The notes beneath the pieces are model-generated. The model did not search any database and was not told the origin of the DNA. It saw only the letters and a list, made by a program, of their open reading frames with translations. A program made the position numbers and the translations under genes. Below, piece after piece: positions 42,761 to 53,021 of a stretch of 56,838 nucleotides of DNA. The first letter of the stretch is position 1, and the number at the start of each line of letters is the position of its first letter. Origin of the DNA: Pseudomonadota bacterium (lineage in GTDB: Bacteria; Pseudomonadota; Gammaproteobacteria; GCA-002705445; GCA-002716945). The stretch covers positions 1 to 56,838 of the forward strand of contig JAYZKL010000036.1 in NCBI GenBank assembly GCA_036163455.1. The letters are read 5' to 3'.

Positions 42761-44941
42761 ATGCAGAAAGATGATAAGACAAGTTTGTCGTTAAAAAGTC
42801 CTAAATCCAATAAGCATAAACAGAGAGGTTCTGCTGCTTCATCTAATACTGTTACTATTCAAGTAAAAAGAAAAAGAGTTCTATCAAAAAAAACGGGTGA
42901 AGTAAAAAATCCAGCAAAAGAAACTACTATTGAGACCAATCAGAAACAAATTGTAAATGAAAAAGTAAATAAACCAAACCCTCAATTCAAACAAGGAAAA
43001 AATAATAACGAAAAAAATAAAAAAAGAGATAAGTCAGATAAAGATCAAAAAATCGAGAACTTTGAAGAAAAAGAATTACACTTAAAAACAAAAAAGAAAA
43101 AAAATCAAAACCTTACAAAAAAACAAGATTCTGAAATTGATTTGACACCTCAACACCAATTTGAAAAACCTACAGAGCCAATAAAACGAGATGTAGAAAT
43201 TCCAAGCTCTATAACTGTAGGTGAGTTGGCTCAAAAAATGGCTGTTAAATCCTCAGAGCTAATTAAAGTAATGATGGGGATGGGGGTAATGGCAACCATT
43301 AATCAATCGCTAGATCAAGATACAGCAATACTTATTGTTGAAGAAATGGGTCATGTCGCAATAGGTAAAAATAATGCGACTGAAGAATCAATTTTAAAAA
43401 CTGAGCCTAGTAAACAGGAAAAGGTTGAAGCTAGGCCTCCGATTGTAACCATTATGGGGCATGTTGATCACGGAAAAACATCTTTATTAGATTATATTAG
43501 AAAGACAAAAATTGTAACTTCTGAAGCTGGTGGTATAACACAGCATATCGGGGCATACAGAGTTACAACAGACAAGGGAACAATGATAACTTTTCTTGAT
43601 ACACCAGGACATGCTGCATTCTCCGCTATGAGAGCAAGAGGGGCGCAAATAACGGACATAATAGTTTTAGTAGTCTCAGCTGATGATGGCGTGATGCCTC
43701 AGACGGAAGAAGCTATTGAGCATGCACAATCATCTAAAGTCCCAATAATCGTTGCTATTAATAAAATTGATAAGGAAAATGCAGATCCTGAAAAAGTACA
43801 AAATGAATTAAGTAAGAAAAATGTAATCTCTGAAGAATGGGGAGGAGATACTATTTTCACTAAGATTTCTGCATTAAATGGAGATGGAATAGATAGTTTA
43901 CTTGATTCTATATCGTTACAAGCAGAAATTTTAGAACTAAAAGCGCCTAAAAACGGACCAGCAGATGGGACTGTTATCGAATCATCACTAGATAAGGGAA
44001 GAGGACCTGTTGCTACAATCTTAGTGAAAAACGGGACTTTGCATAAAAAAGATTTTATTTTAGTAGGAAAAGAATTTGGCCGAGTACGTGCAATGTATGA
44101 TGAATTTAACAATGAGGTTTTGAGCGTTGAACCTGGATGTCCAGCTGTAGTAACTGGGTTATCTGGCACTCCTAATGTTGGAGATCAACTAATGTCAACT
44201 AACGATGAAAAAAGGATTAGAGAAGTTGCTTCAATGAGAGAGTCAAAGCAAAAAGAAATTGAGATGCAAGCAAAACAAAAGAATTTTAGTATTGATGATT
44301 TTAATGCCAGCAGTACATCTAATAAAAAAAGAATTGAAAATTTCCTTATAAAAACTGATGTTCAAGGGAGTTGCGAAGCGATAACAGCATCTTTGAAGAA
44401 AATTGACAATGATGATGTAGGGCTTGAAATTATTTATAGTGGCGTTGGGGGAATTACAGAATCAGATGTCAACTTAGCTCAAACCTCAAATGCAAAAATA
44501 ATAGGCTTTAATGTCCGTGCAGACTCTAAAGCTAAAAAAATAATCGAGACGAATCAGCTAGACCTAAAATATTTCAGCGTAATTTATGAACTTTTGGATA
44601 ATGTAAAACAAGATCTTTCTGGTCTTCTAGATCCAGATATTAAAGAGGAGATTATTGGAATAGCTGAAGTTAAAGATGTTTTTAGATCTTCGAAATTTGG
44701 TGCAATAGCTGGTTCAATGGTTATAGAAGGAACAATACAAAAAGAACAACCAATAAGAGTTCTCAGAGATAATATCGTAATTTATGAAGGAGAATTAGAA
44801 TCATTGAGAAGATTTAAAGATGATGTTAAAGAAGTTAAGAGCGGAACAGAATGTGGGATAGGCGTTAAAAACTATAATGATATAAAAAATGGAGATCAAA
44901 TTGAGGTTTACAAAAGAATAGAAATAAAAAGATCTATTTAA
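42761..44941 (+). CDS. infB: Translation initiation factor IF-2 (short N-terminus)
   Basis: [26 protein letters not shown] motifs. Confidence 0.98.
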   Translation: MQKDDKTSLSLKSPKSNKHKQRGSAASSNTVTIQVKRKRVLSKKTGEVKNPAKETTIETNQKQIVNEKVNKPNPQFKQGKNNNEKNKKRDKSDKDQKIENFEEKELHLKTKKKKNQNLTKKQDSEIDLTPQHQFEKPTEPIKRDVEIPSSITVGELAQKMAVKSSELIKVMMGMGVMATINQSLDQDTAILIVEEMGHVAIGKNNATEESILKTEPSKQEKVEARPPIVTIMGHVDHGKTSLLDYIRKTKIVTSEAGGITQHIGAYRVTTDKGTMITFLDTPGHAAFSAMRARGAQITDIIVLVVSADDGVMPQTEEAIEHAQSSKVPIIVAINKIDKENADPEKVQNELSKKNVISEEWGGDTIFTKISALNGDGIDSLLDSISLQAEILELKAPKNGPADGTVIESSLDKGRGPVATILVKNGTLHKKDFILVGKEFGRVRAMYDEFNNEVLSVEPGCPAVVTGLSGTPNVGDQLMSTNDEKRIREVASMRESKQKEIEMQAKQKNFSIDDFNASSTSNKKRIENFLIKTDVQGSCEAITASLKKIDNDDVGLEIIYSGVGGITESDVNLAQTSNAKIIGFNVRADSKAKKIIETNQLDLKYFSVIYELLDNVKQDLSGLLDPDIKEEIIGIAEVKDVFRSSKFGAIAGSMVIEGTIQKEQPIRVLRDNIVIYEGELESLRRFKDDVKEVKSGTECGIGVKNYNDIKNGDQIEVYKRIEIKRSI

Positions 44942-44948
44942 AAACTTT

Positions 44949-45287
44949 ATGAACAATCGTTTATTCAAGATTCAAGACTTACTGCATAAAGAAATTGCCA
45001 ATCTTATTCTCAAAGAAATCAAAAATCCTTTAATAAATAAATCTATCACAATTTCTGGTGTCCGATTAAGCAAGGACATACGAAATGCTGATGTTTTTTT
45101 TACAACTTTTGAATCTGATACCCTAAAAGTAGAACAGGAATTAAATCGTTCATCAAGCTTTATAAAAAATGAGCTTTCTAAAAAACTATATATAAAGAGA
45201 CTGCCAAATCTAAAATTTATTTATGATAAAACTGCTGATAGCGGAGAAAGGATTGAAAATATAATAAAAAAAATAACAAAGAGATAA
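44949..45287 (+). CDS. rbfA: Ribosome-binding factor A
   Basis: LSKD..A.VF and PNLKFIYD motifs; infB-rbfA-truB synteny. Confidence 0.92.
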   Translation: MNNRLFKIQDLLHKEIANLILKEIKNPLINKSITISGVRLSKDIRNADVFFTTFESDTLKVEQELNRSSSFIKNELSKKLYIKRLPNLKFIYDKTADSGERIENIIKKITKR

Positions 45288-45292
45288 AAAGA

Positions 45293-46174
45293 ATGTGTAA
45301 TGGATTGTTATTAGTAGATAAACCAAAAAACCTTACGTCTAATCAAACTCTTAAAATACTAAAAAAGAGACTTAATATAAAAAAGGCAGGCATAGTGGGT
45401 ATTCTGGATCCTCTAGCCCATGGCATGTTACCAATACTTTTCGGTGAAGCTACGAAATTTTCTAGTTATATAGAGTCTTATAAAAAAAAATATGAGGTAG
45501 TTTGTCAATTAGGATCAGTTAGTACAACTGGTGATAAAGAAGGCATAGTAACTCCATACAAACAAAATAATTTAAAATTATTGGAACAAGGCTTTATTAA
45601 TACAAGATTAAAAAAATTCTTTGGAGAGTTACTTCAAACCCCACCTATGTTTAGTGGGCTCAAAGTGAAAGGAGAAAAACTCTATAATTTAGCAAGAAAA
45701 GGAATTACTATTCCAAGAAAACCAAGAAAGATTTTTATCCATGATATAAAGCTAATGAAATTTCAGGGATCAGTATTAAAATTAAGCATAGTATGCTCTA
45801 AAGGAACTTACATACGCACATTAGTAGAAGAAATTGGTAAGGACTTGTCCGTAGGAGCATATATTAAAGATTTGCAAAGAGTTGAGATAGGGAAATATAA
45901 GAAGGGCATAATGATTAAACTTGACCAAATTAAAAACCTGTCTATAACAAAAACAAATTACTTTGTAGACATTAATACCATACTCTCTGATGAAGATAGC
46001 TTTATCCTATCTGATTTAGAGGAAAAAAAGATCCGGATGGGTCAGCCAGTTCATAAAAGTTCAGAATTTCATAATAAATTAGTAACTATTTATAACAAAA
46101 ACAACATTATAGGTATAGCAGTAATCAAGAATAACTGTATATATCCAAAAAGGCTAATAAACTTTAGTGAATAA
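45293..46174 (+). CDS. truB: tRNA pseudouridine-55 synthase
   Basis: VDKP, GILDPLA (catalytic Asp), GEATKF, CSKGTYIRTL motifs. Confidence 0.93.
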   Translation: MCNGLLLVDKPKNLTSNQTLKILKKRLNIKKAGIVGILDPLAHGMLPILFGEATKFSSYIESYKKKYEVVCQLGSVSTTGDKEGIVTPYKQNNLKLLEQGFINTRLKKFFGELLQTPPMFSGLKVKGEKLYNLARKGITIPRKPRKIFIHDIKLMKFQGSVLKLSIVCSKGTYIRTLVEEIGKDLSVGAYIKDLQRVEIGKYKKGIMIKLDQIKNLSITKTNYFVDINTILSDEDSFILSDLEEKKIRMGQPVHKSSEFHNKLVTIYNKNNIIGIAVIKNNCIYPKRLINFSE

Positions 46175-46177
46175 GGG

Positions 46178-46205
46178 TTGTATTAATTTAAACTCGTGTT
46201 AGAAT
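46178..46205 (+). promoter_or_regulatory. sigma70 promoter for rpsO-pnp
   Basis: TTGTAT-N16-TAGAAT with TGn extension. Confidence 0.6.
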
Positions 46206-46227
46206 GCGGACTTTAATGTATAAATTT

Positions 46228-46497
46228 ATGGCCCTGGATAATAATTCAAAAAAGGAATTGATCAAAAAATTTGGTAAGACTGGCAATGACTGTGGTTCAA
46301 CTCAAGTTCAAATCGCATTACTTACAGAAAATATTAATAATTTAACAAATCACTTTGAGAAAAATTCAAAAGATATTCATTCGAAAAGAGGTTTACTTAA
46401 AATGGTCATGAAAAGAAAGTCATTAATGAAGTATTTGAAAAATAAAGATACTTCTAGTTATGAGGAACTTGTTAAACAGTTAGAGCTTAGAAAATAG
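46228..46497 (+). CDS. rpsO: 30S ribosomal protein S15
   Basis: GSTQVQIALLT, KDIHSKRGLLKMV motifs; start reassigned to ATG 46228 (89 aa). Confidence 0.97.
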   Translation: MALDNNSKKELIKKFGKTGNDCGSTQVQIALLTENINNLTNHFEKNSKDIHSKRGLLKMVMKRKSLMKYLKNKDTSSYEELVKQLELRK

Positions 46498-46500
46498 TTA

Positions 46501-48567
46501 ATGTTCACCAAAATATTTGATATAGGAAATCAGTCAGTCAAGATTGAGACAGGATTAATCGCAAAACAAGCAAACTCTTCAGTATTGGTTGATATAGAAG
46601 GTACAGTTGTATTAGCTACACTTGTTGCTGCCCAAGAAGATAACGATAGAGACTTTTTCCCACTTACTGTCAACTATAATGAAAAAACATATGCCGCCGG
46701 TAAAATACCAGGTGGTTTTTTTAAAAGAGAAGGCAGACCTACAGAAAAAGAAGTTTTAATTAGTAGATTAATAGATCGTCCACTTAGGCCTTTATTTGAA
46801 TCAACATATACGCGTGAAGTGCAAATAATATTAACATTACTTTCACTTAACCCAGATGTCGATTCAGAAATACCTGCGCTAATAGCAGCATCATCAGCAG
46901 TAAAATTATCAGGATTGCCATTTAATGGAACATTAGGCGCAGTTAAAGTTGGATATGATGGAGAAAAGTATTTATTAAATCCAACCGCAAAAGAACTTGA
47001 AAGTTCTTCTCTAGATTTAGTTGTTGCAGGAACAAAAAATGCTGTCTTAATGGTAGAGTCTGAAGCTAAAGAACTTACTGAAGAAGTAATGTTAGGAGCA
47101 GTAAATTTTGGGCATGAAAAAATGCAAACCATAATAAGTGCTATTGATGAATTATGTAATGAGGCAAATGTAAAAGAAATCGAGTGGGCTCCAAAAGAAA
47201 CTAATGAAGAAACCTATAATACTTTAAAAGAAAAATATAAAAAACAACTAACAGAAGCTTATACAATCACTGCCAAACAAGATAGAAATCAAACTATAAC
47301 TGAAATCAAGAATAAATTATTAGAAGAAGAAGTTAGTGAAGATGAGGACAATAGTAAAGAAATCCTCTCTCATTTTGATAAACTTCAAAAAGAGATAGTG
47401 CGTAATAAAATACTAAATGGTGAAAATCGTATTGATGGACGTGATACCAAAACAGTAAGACCTATTGATATCCAGCTTGGAATTTTACCTAGAGTGCATG
47501 GTTCAGCATTATTTACCAGAGGAGAAACTCAGGCATTAGTTGTCACAACCTTAGGTACAGATAAAGATGCGCAAATCATTGATTCTCTTTCTGGAAGAAT
47601 TGAAGATGACTTTATTTTTCATTATAATTTTCCACCTTATTCAGTAGGTGAAATAGGAATGATTGGTTCGCCAAAAAGAAGAGAGATTGGTCATGGGAAA
47701 CTTGCTCGTAGAGGTATTCAGGCTGTATTACCAGCTCAAGATAAATGCCCATACACAATTAGAGTTGTTTCAGAAATCATGGAATCCAATTGATCCAGCT
47801 CAATGGCTTCGGTGTGCGGGTCAAGTCTTTCTCTAATGGATGCAGGTGTTCCAATTTCTTCGCCCGTTGCTGGAATAGCGATGGGACTTGTAAAAGAGGG
47901 AGAAAAACATGTTGTCTTAACTGATATCTTAGGAGATGAGGATCATTTAGGAGATATGGATTTTAAGGTTGCCGGAACTGAAAAAGGTGTTAATGCATTA
48001 CAAATGGATATTAAAATAGATGGCATAACATCGCAAATAATGTCTGAAGCACTAGATCAAGCAAAAGCGGCTAGACTCCATATATTATCTGAAATGGCTA
48101 AAGTGATTACCTCACCAAGAGAAAGCGTATCGGAACATGCGCCACGCTATACACATATAAAAATTAATCCTTCAAAAATTGCTGAGGTAATTGGAAAGGG
48201 TGGAGCAGTTATAAAATCGATTGTAGAAGAAACTGGAGCAGTTATTGATATTTCAGATGATGGGATAGTGAAAATAGCCGCAACAGATCAGGCAAAAAGT
48301 GATCATGCTAAATCTATTATTGAGGACATAACAACTGGTCCACAGGTAGATAAGGTTTATGAAGGTAAAGTTGCAAAAATAATGGATTTCGGAGCGTTTG
48401 TTAATATATCTCCTAACAAAGATGGACTTGTCCATATATCCCAAATAAGCAAAGAAAGGGTAGAAAATGTTAGAGACGTATTAAGTGAAGGTGATGAAGT
48501 AAAAGTAAAGGTTCTTGAAGTGGACAGACAAGGAAGAGTGAAGCTCACAATGAAGGATCTTGATTAA
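46501..48567 (+). CDS. pnp: Polyribonucleotide nucleotidyltransferase (PNPase) with one in-frame TGA at 47791-47793
   Basis: ORFs 46501-47793 and 47803-48567 are in the same frame; joined they read [12 protein letters not shown] versus the conserved [13 protein letters not shown]; [24 protein letters not shown] and S1 all present. Functional status unresolved. Confidence 0.93.
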
Positions 48568-48829
48568 TTTAATATAAACAATAGAGGTAAAAATGGAAGA
48601 GATTGAAATAGGAAAAGTATATACCGGAAAAGTAAAAAAAATCATGGATTACGGGGCATTTGTTAATATTTTGCCTGGTAAGGATGGTTTGGTTCACATA
48701 TCTCAAATTAAACAAGAAAGAGTAGAAAATGTTAGAGATGAGATGTCCGAGGGTGATGAAGTTCAAGTTAAAGTACTTGATATTGATGGCCAAGGAAGAG
48801 TGAAGCTTACAATGAAGGATATTGACTAA
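48352..48829 (+). repeat. Diverged tandem duplication (~215 bp units) of the pnp S1-coding segment
   Basis: Units at ~48352-48567 and ~48614-48829 share GTAGAAAATGTTAGAGA, CAAGGAAGAGTGAAGCT and ACAATGAAGGAT. Confidence 0.85.
48593..48829 (+). CDS. Stand-alone S1 RNA-binding domain protein, paralogue of the PNPase S1 domain
   Basis: 78 aa; 57/71 identical by manual alignment to the adjacent PNPase C-terminus; GAGGT SD at 48584-48588. Confidence 0.9.
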   Translation: MEEIEIGKVYTGKVKKIMDYGAFVNILPGKDGLVHISQIKQERVENVRDEMSEGDEVQVKVLDIDGQGRVKLTMKDID

Positions 48830-50514
48830 TCAGCCATATGATGTTTTTTGTCCACTGGGCCAATTAAGAAGTTTGAAATTAAAGCTACCCCAAGAAGTAT
48901 AGCCATTAAAATCATAGTTGAGTTATAAACTGTAGTAGAAGGATCCACAGTTCCTTCTGGTGCAATTTCCATTAATTTTGGAATTGTTACAGTTTTTGTA
49001 ATTACTAATTGATTGAAGTGTTCGACTCCAGCACCAAATGTTTCTTTAAATGTTGTTGGATCTATTTTCTTTACTAATTCTTCCATTGCATTGTTTATAG
49101 AGTTTGATCTTAAAGATGTAATTGCTAATGGACCTAAAATTCCAGCAGTACTCCAAGCAGTTAATAATCTTCCATGTATCCCTCCAACATATTTAGTCCC
49201 AAAGATATCAGCCAAATAAGCTGGAATAGTGGCAAAGCCTCCTCCATACATGGTAAAAATAAGCATTGTAGCTGCATAAAAATAAATTAATAAAACAATA
49301 CTAGGGTTAACATTAACCTGTGATGCAGTATATGGGATAGATAGGTATAAAATTATCCCTAATGTAAAAAAGATATAATATGTATTCTTTCTACCAATAT
49401 AATCTGAAGTACTGGCCCAGAAGAATCTACCTATCATATTGAAGACGCTTATCATAAGAACATAAGTTGCTGCAAATGCATTATCTACAATATTTGGAAG
49501 AGCATTACTAAATATTTCAGTCATCATTGTTTTTGCTACACCTAATACACCAATTCCTGCAGTTACGTTAAAACATAGAACTACCCATAACATATAAAAC
49601 TGTGGAGTTTTAAGTGCTTGATCAATATGCACATGTTTTGTTGTAATTAATTGTTTTTCAAGAATAGCATCATCAGGTTTTTTCCAATTCTCTGGTTTCC
49701 AATCTTCAGCAGGTATTCTGTATGAAAATGATGCAACAGCCATTATTAGAAAATATATTATTCCTAATGTCACAAAAGTATAGCCAATGCCAGTATCCCC
49801 AGTGCCTACTAAATATACTCCAGGGTTTCCTGGGCGAATCATATTTGCAACATCATTATTACTTACAATAACAACTTCTTTTAACATGCCATCAATATTG
49901 GCATATCTCAATCCATCAACTGTTTGTAAAATAACTTGATCAACAGTACCTAAAAACACTGGAGCATGATAGAAGAAATCTATAAGAAATTCTTTCAAAG
50001 GCGCTCCAATCATCGCTCCACCACCAAATCCCATTATAGCCATTCCTGTAGCCATACCACGTCTATCTGGAAACCATCTAATTAAAGTTGAAACAGGTGA
50101 TACATAACCCAACCCAAGACCACATCCACCGAATACACCATAACCAAGATATATTAACCATAATTGATGTGTAAATATTCCAATGCTTCCAATCAAAAAA
50201 CCACCGCCCCAAAGGCATGCAGCAACAAAACCAACTAGACGAGGTCCAACTTCTTCTAACCATTTACCGGCAAAAGCAGCAGAAAGTCCAAGTGAGACAA
50301 TAGAAAGTGAGTAAATCCAAACAACTTCACTTAACATCCAATCTTGAGATGAGCTGACTACAACACCCAGGGTTTTAATTAATGCCGGGTTGAATATACT
50401 CCATGCATAAACAGAACCTATACACAAATGTATTGCTACAGAAGTTGGCGGAACCAACCATCTGTTAAACCCTTTATCAGCAATTATCCTTTCTTTTTTG
50501 AATATATCCATCAT
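48826..50514 (-). CDS. MFS transporter, OFA (oxalate:formate antiporter)/monocarboxylate family
   Basis: [46 protein letters not shown] motifs. Confidence 0.88.
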   Translation of the reverse strand: MMDIFKKERIIADKGFNRWLVPPTSVAIHLCIGSVYAWSIFNPALIKTLGVVVSSSQDWMLSEVVWIYSLSIVSLGLSAAFAGKWLEEVGPRLVGFVAACLWGGGFLIGSIGIFTHQLWLIYLGYGVFGGCGLGLGYVSPVSTLIRWFPDRRGMATGMAIMGFGGGAMIGAPLKEFLIDFFYHAPVFLGTVDQVILQTVDGLRYANIDGMLKEVVIVSNNDVANMIRPGNPGVYLVGTGDTGIGYTFVTLGIIYFLIMAVASFSYRIPAEDWKPENWKKPDDAILEKQLITTKHVHIDQALKTPQFYMLWVVLCFNVTAGIGVLGVAKTMMTEIFSNALPNIVDNAFAATYVLMISVFNMIGRFFWASTSDYIGRKNTYYIFFTLGIILYLSIPYTASQVNVNPSIVLLIYFYAATMLIFTMYGGGFATIPAYLADIFGTKYVGGIHGRLLTAWSTAGILGPLAITSLRSNSINNAMEELVKKIDPTTFKETFGAGVEHFNQLVITKTVTIPKLMEIAPEGTVDPSTTVYNSTMILMAILLGVALISNFLIGPVDKKHHMAD

Positions 50515-50522
50515 GATAAAAG

Positions 50523-52481
50523 TTAAAAAACATCCTTTAATTGATTTAATATATTTTCATTTTCCAAAGTAGATGTATCTACAGAGATTTTTTCTCCTCT
50601 TGCTATATTTCTTAATAATCTTCTCATAATTTTTCCTGATCTAGTTTTTGGTAGATTGGTAGCAAATGATATACGATCAGGTTTAGCTATAGATCCAATT
50701 TTCATTTTTACCCACTCCCTAAGTTCATCAGCAAATTGTTTACCAATCTGTGATTTAAAATTATTTCTAAGGACAACAAACGAATGAATTGCTTCACCTT
50801 TTATATCATGTGAGTAGCTAACAACTGCCGACTCTGCAACAAATTCATGTGATACTATAGCAGACTCAATTTCCATAGTCCCTAACCGATGACCAGAAAT
50901 ATTCACCACATCATCTGATCGGCCCATAATCCAAATATTCCCATCTTCATCTCTTCTAGCAGTATCACCAGTAATATAGAATTTATTATTATATTTCTCC
51001 CAATATGTTGAGATATATCTGTCCTCATCTCCCCAAATACCTCTTAACATAGATGGCCAAGGTTTCTTTATAACAAGATTCCCACCCTGATTATTATTCT
51101 TAACTTCATTCCCATTTGCATCCATCACTCCAATATCTATTCCTGGAAGTGGCTTAGTACATGTTCCTGGTGTTATGGAATATATACCCGGTAAAGGGGC
51201 AATCATATTTGCGCCAGTCTCAGTTTGCCACCAAGTGTCAACAATTGGACATTTTTCTTTTCCAATAATTTTGTAGTACCAAATCCAGGCTTCTGGATTA
51301 ATTGGTTCGCCAACAGTTCCTAGTAACCGCAAAGAATTCAATTTATTCCTTTTGGGTAATTCATCGCCAAGTTTCATCAAAGTTCTGATTGCTGTTGGTG
51401 CGGTATAAAATATTGATACCTTATTTTCATCAACTATTTTCCAAAACCTATCTCCTTCAGGATATGTTGGAGCTCCATCATATATTAAAATAGTAGAACC
51501 AGTTGCCAATGGACCATAGACAACATAACTATGTCCAGTTATCCATCCAATATCAGCAGTGCACCAAAAAATGTCATCATCTTTTAAATCAAAAACCCAT
51601 TTATTTGTAAGTATACAATTTAGTAGATAGCCAGCCGTACTATGTATAATCCCTTTAGGTTTTCCAGTTGATCCAGATGTATATAGAATAAATAATAAAT
51701 CTTCGGCATTCATTTCTACTGGGTCAATTACTTCGCCATTTTTTTTATCTACTATTTCATGCCACCAAACATCTCTGGTCTTATCAAAATTAATCTTCTC
51801 AGAAGAATTTTTAAATACTATGCAATGATTAATAGATGGACAACCTTTATCTAAAGCATCATCAACTGTATCTTTTGCTCTGATTGACTTCCCACCTCTT
51901 TTAAAAGAATCAACAGTAATTACAGCTTTTGCTGAACAATCATTTATTCTATCTTTTAGTGATTCAGATGAGAATCCAGCAAAAACAACAGAGTGGATTA
52001 AGCCTAATCTAGCACAAGACAGCATCGCTGTAATTGATTCTGGGATTGTTGGCATATAGATTATAACCCTATCTTGTTTTTTTAAACCAAGTTTTTTTAA
52101 ACCAGACGAAAATGCATTTACTTTTAAAAATAAATCCTCATAAGTAAGATTAGTAATGTTGTTATCTTCAGATACATGTTTAATTGCTATCTTGTCTTTT
52201 TTATTTGTCTGAACATGTCTATCTAAACAATTTTCAGAGACATTAAGAGTCCCATCTTCAAACCATTTAAAAAAAGGAGATTTCCCAGTACAAACAGTGG
52301 TAAAATCTTTTATCCAAGTAATTTCAGTGGCCGCTAAATCTTTCCAGCATAATTCTGGATCTGATTCAAATTTATTTATTAATTCTTTTAGATTTTCATT
52401 GTTAAGATTAGCCTGATCGATAAACTTTTTTGAAGGATGAAAAATTCTTTTTTCTTTAAGATTTGATTCTATATTCTTCAT
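50523..52481 (-). CDS. acs: Acetyl-CoA synthetase (AMP-forming)
   Basis: YTSGSTGKPKG, DIGWITGHSY, DTWWQTETG, LPKTRSGKIMRR motifs. Confidence 0.97.
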   Translation of the reverse strand: MKNIESNLKEKRIFHPSKKFIDQANLNNENLKELINKFESDPELCWKDLAATEITWIKDFTTVCTGKSPFFKWFEDGTLNVSENCLDRHVQTNKKDKIAIKHVSEDNNITNLTYEDLFLKVNAFSSGLKKLGLKKQDRVIIYMPTIPESITAMLSCARLGLIHSVVFAGFSSESLKDRINDCSAKAVITVDSFKRGGKSIRAKDTVDDALDKGCPSINHCIVFKNSSEKINFDKTRDVWWHEIVDKKNGEVIDPVEMNAEDLLFILYTSGSTGKPKGIIHSTAGYLLNCILTNKWVFDLKDDDIFWCTADIGWITGHSYVVYGPLATGSTILIYDGAPTYPEGDRFWKIVDENKVSIFYTAPTAIRTLMKLGDELPKRNKLNSLRLLGTVGEPINPEAWIWYYKIIGKEKCPIVDTWWQTETGANMIAPLPGIYSITPGTCTKPLPGIDIGVMDANGNEVKNNNQGGNLVIKKPWPSMLRGIWGDEDRYISTYWEKYNNKFYITGDTARRDEDGNIWIMGRSDDVVNISGHRLGTMEIESAIVSHEFVAESAVVSYSHDIKGEAIHSFVVLRNNFKSQIGKQFADELREWVKMKIGSIAKPDRISFATNLPKTRSGKIMRRLLRNIARGEKISVDTSTLENENILNQLKDVF

Positions 52482-52496
52482 TTCAACATAGATAGT

Positions 52497-52955
52497 TTAA
52501 TCTATTCGAGTTTTTTCCAACCTCTCATGGCGCTCTTGTGCTTCTATACATAGTGTAGCAATTGGACGAGCTTCAAGTCTTTTTATGCCAATTGGTTCGC
52601 CTGTTTCTTCACAGAATCCATAAGTACCATCTTCAACTCTTTGTAATGCTTGATCAATTTTATTAATAAGCTTTCTTTCCCTATCACGTGTTCTGAGCTC
52701 TAATCTGAATTCTTCTTCTTGTGTCGCAGCATCATTAGGATCTGATAGCTTAGATGAGTCTTGTTGCATGTGTTGTACAGTCTTATCTGCTTCCCTCATA
52801 AGCTGTTTTTTCCACTCTAGCAGTATGAGCTTAAAATGAGACACTTGTTTAGACGACATATATTTCTCTCCTTTTGATGCCTTATAGGGTTTAAAGGTTA
52901 GAAAGCTATACAGATCTTTATTATTTTTGCTTTTAGAGCTAGATTTTTCTACCAT
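52497..52955 (-). CDS. dksA: RNA polymerase-binding factor DksA, two-Cys type
   Basis: DPNDAA coiled-coil tip (DxxDxA), ELRTRDRERKLI, RLEARP; CEET...CIEA. Confidence 0.95.
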   Translation of the reverse strand: MVEKSSSKSKNNKDLYSFLTFKPYKASKGEKYMSSKQVSHFKLILLEWKKQLMREADKTVQHMQQDSSKLSDPNDAATQEEEFRLELRTRDRERKLINKIDQALQRVEDGTYGFCEETGEPIGIKRLEARPIATLCIEAQERHERLEKTRID

Positions 52956-52968
52956 AACTAAACCATTT

Positions 52969-52997
52969 ATTCTGCATCGACATGAGCTCTATAGCAA
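52969..52997 (-). promoter_or_regulatory. sigma70-type promoter for dksA
   Basis: Minus strand TTGCTA-N17-CAGAAT, 13 nt before the ATG. Confidence 0.45.
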
Positions 52998-53021
52998 GTT
53001 TTTTTTTACCTTTGAGAGATC

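Noticed and set aside
46204-46227. N-terminal extensions called by the ORF track (rpsO, carA, rlmE, folP, secG, nuoB, nuoI, rimP)
   Set aside because: The extensions overlap promoters, hairpins or upstream genes; downstream ATGs match family lengths
47791-47793. Genome-wide TGA-to-Gly reassignment (code 25) as the explanation for the pnp TGA
   Set aside because: TGA is the true stop of folP, nuoC, nuoD, nuoE, nuoH, nuoJ (ATGA overlaps), rlmE and tpiA, and no other gene in the window is interrupted by TGA
47791-47850. Selenocysteine at the pnp TGA
   Set aside because: The position aligns to Gly, not Cys, and no convincing SECIS-like hairpin follows
48352-48829. S1 duplicate as a simple assembly repeat artefact
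   Set aside because: The copies differ at 14 residues and about 26 synonymous codons, and the second has its own SD and N-terminus
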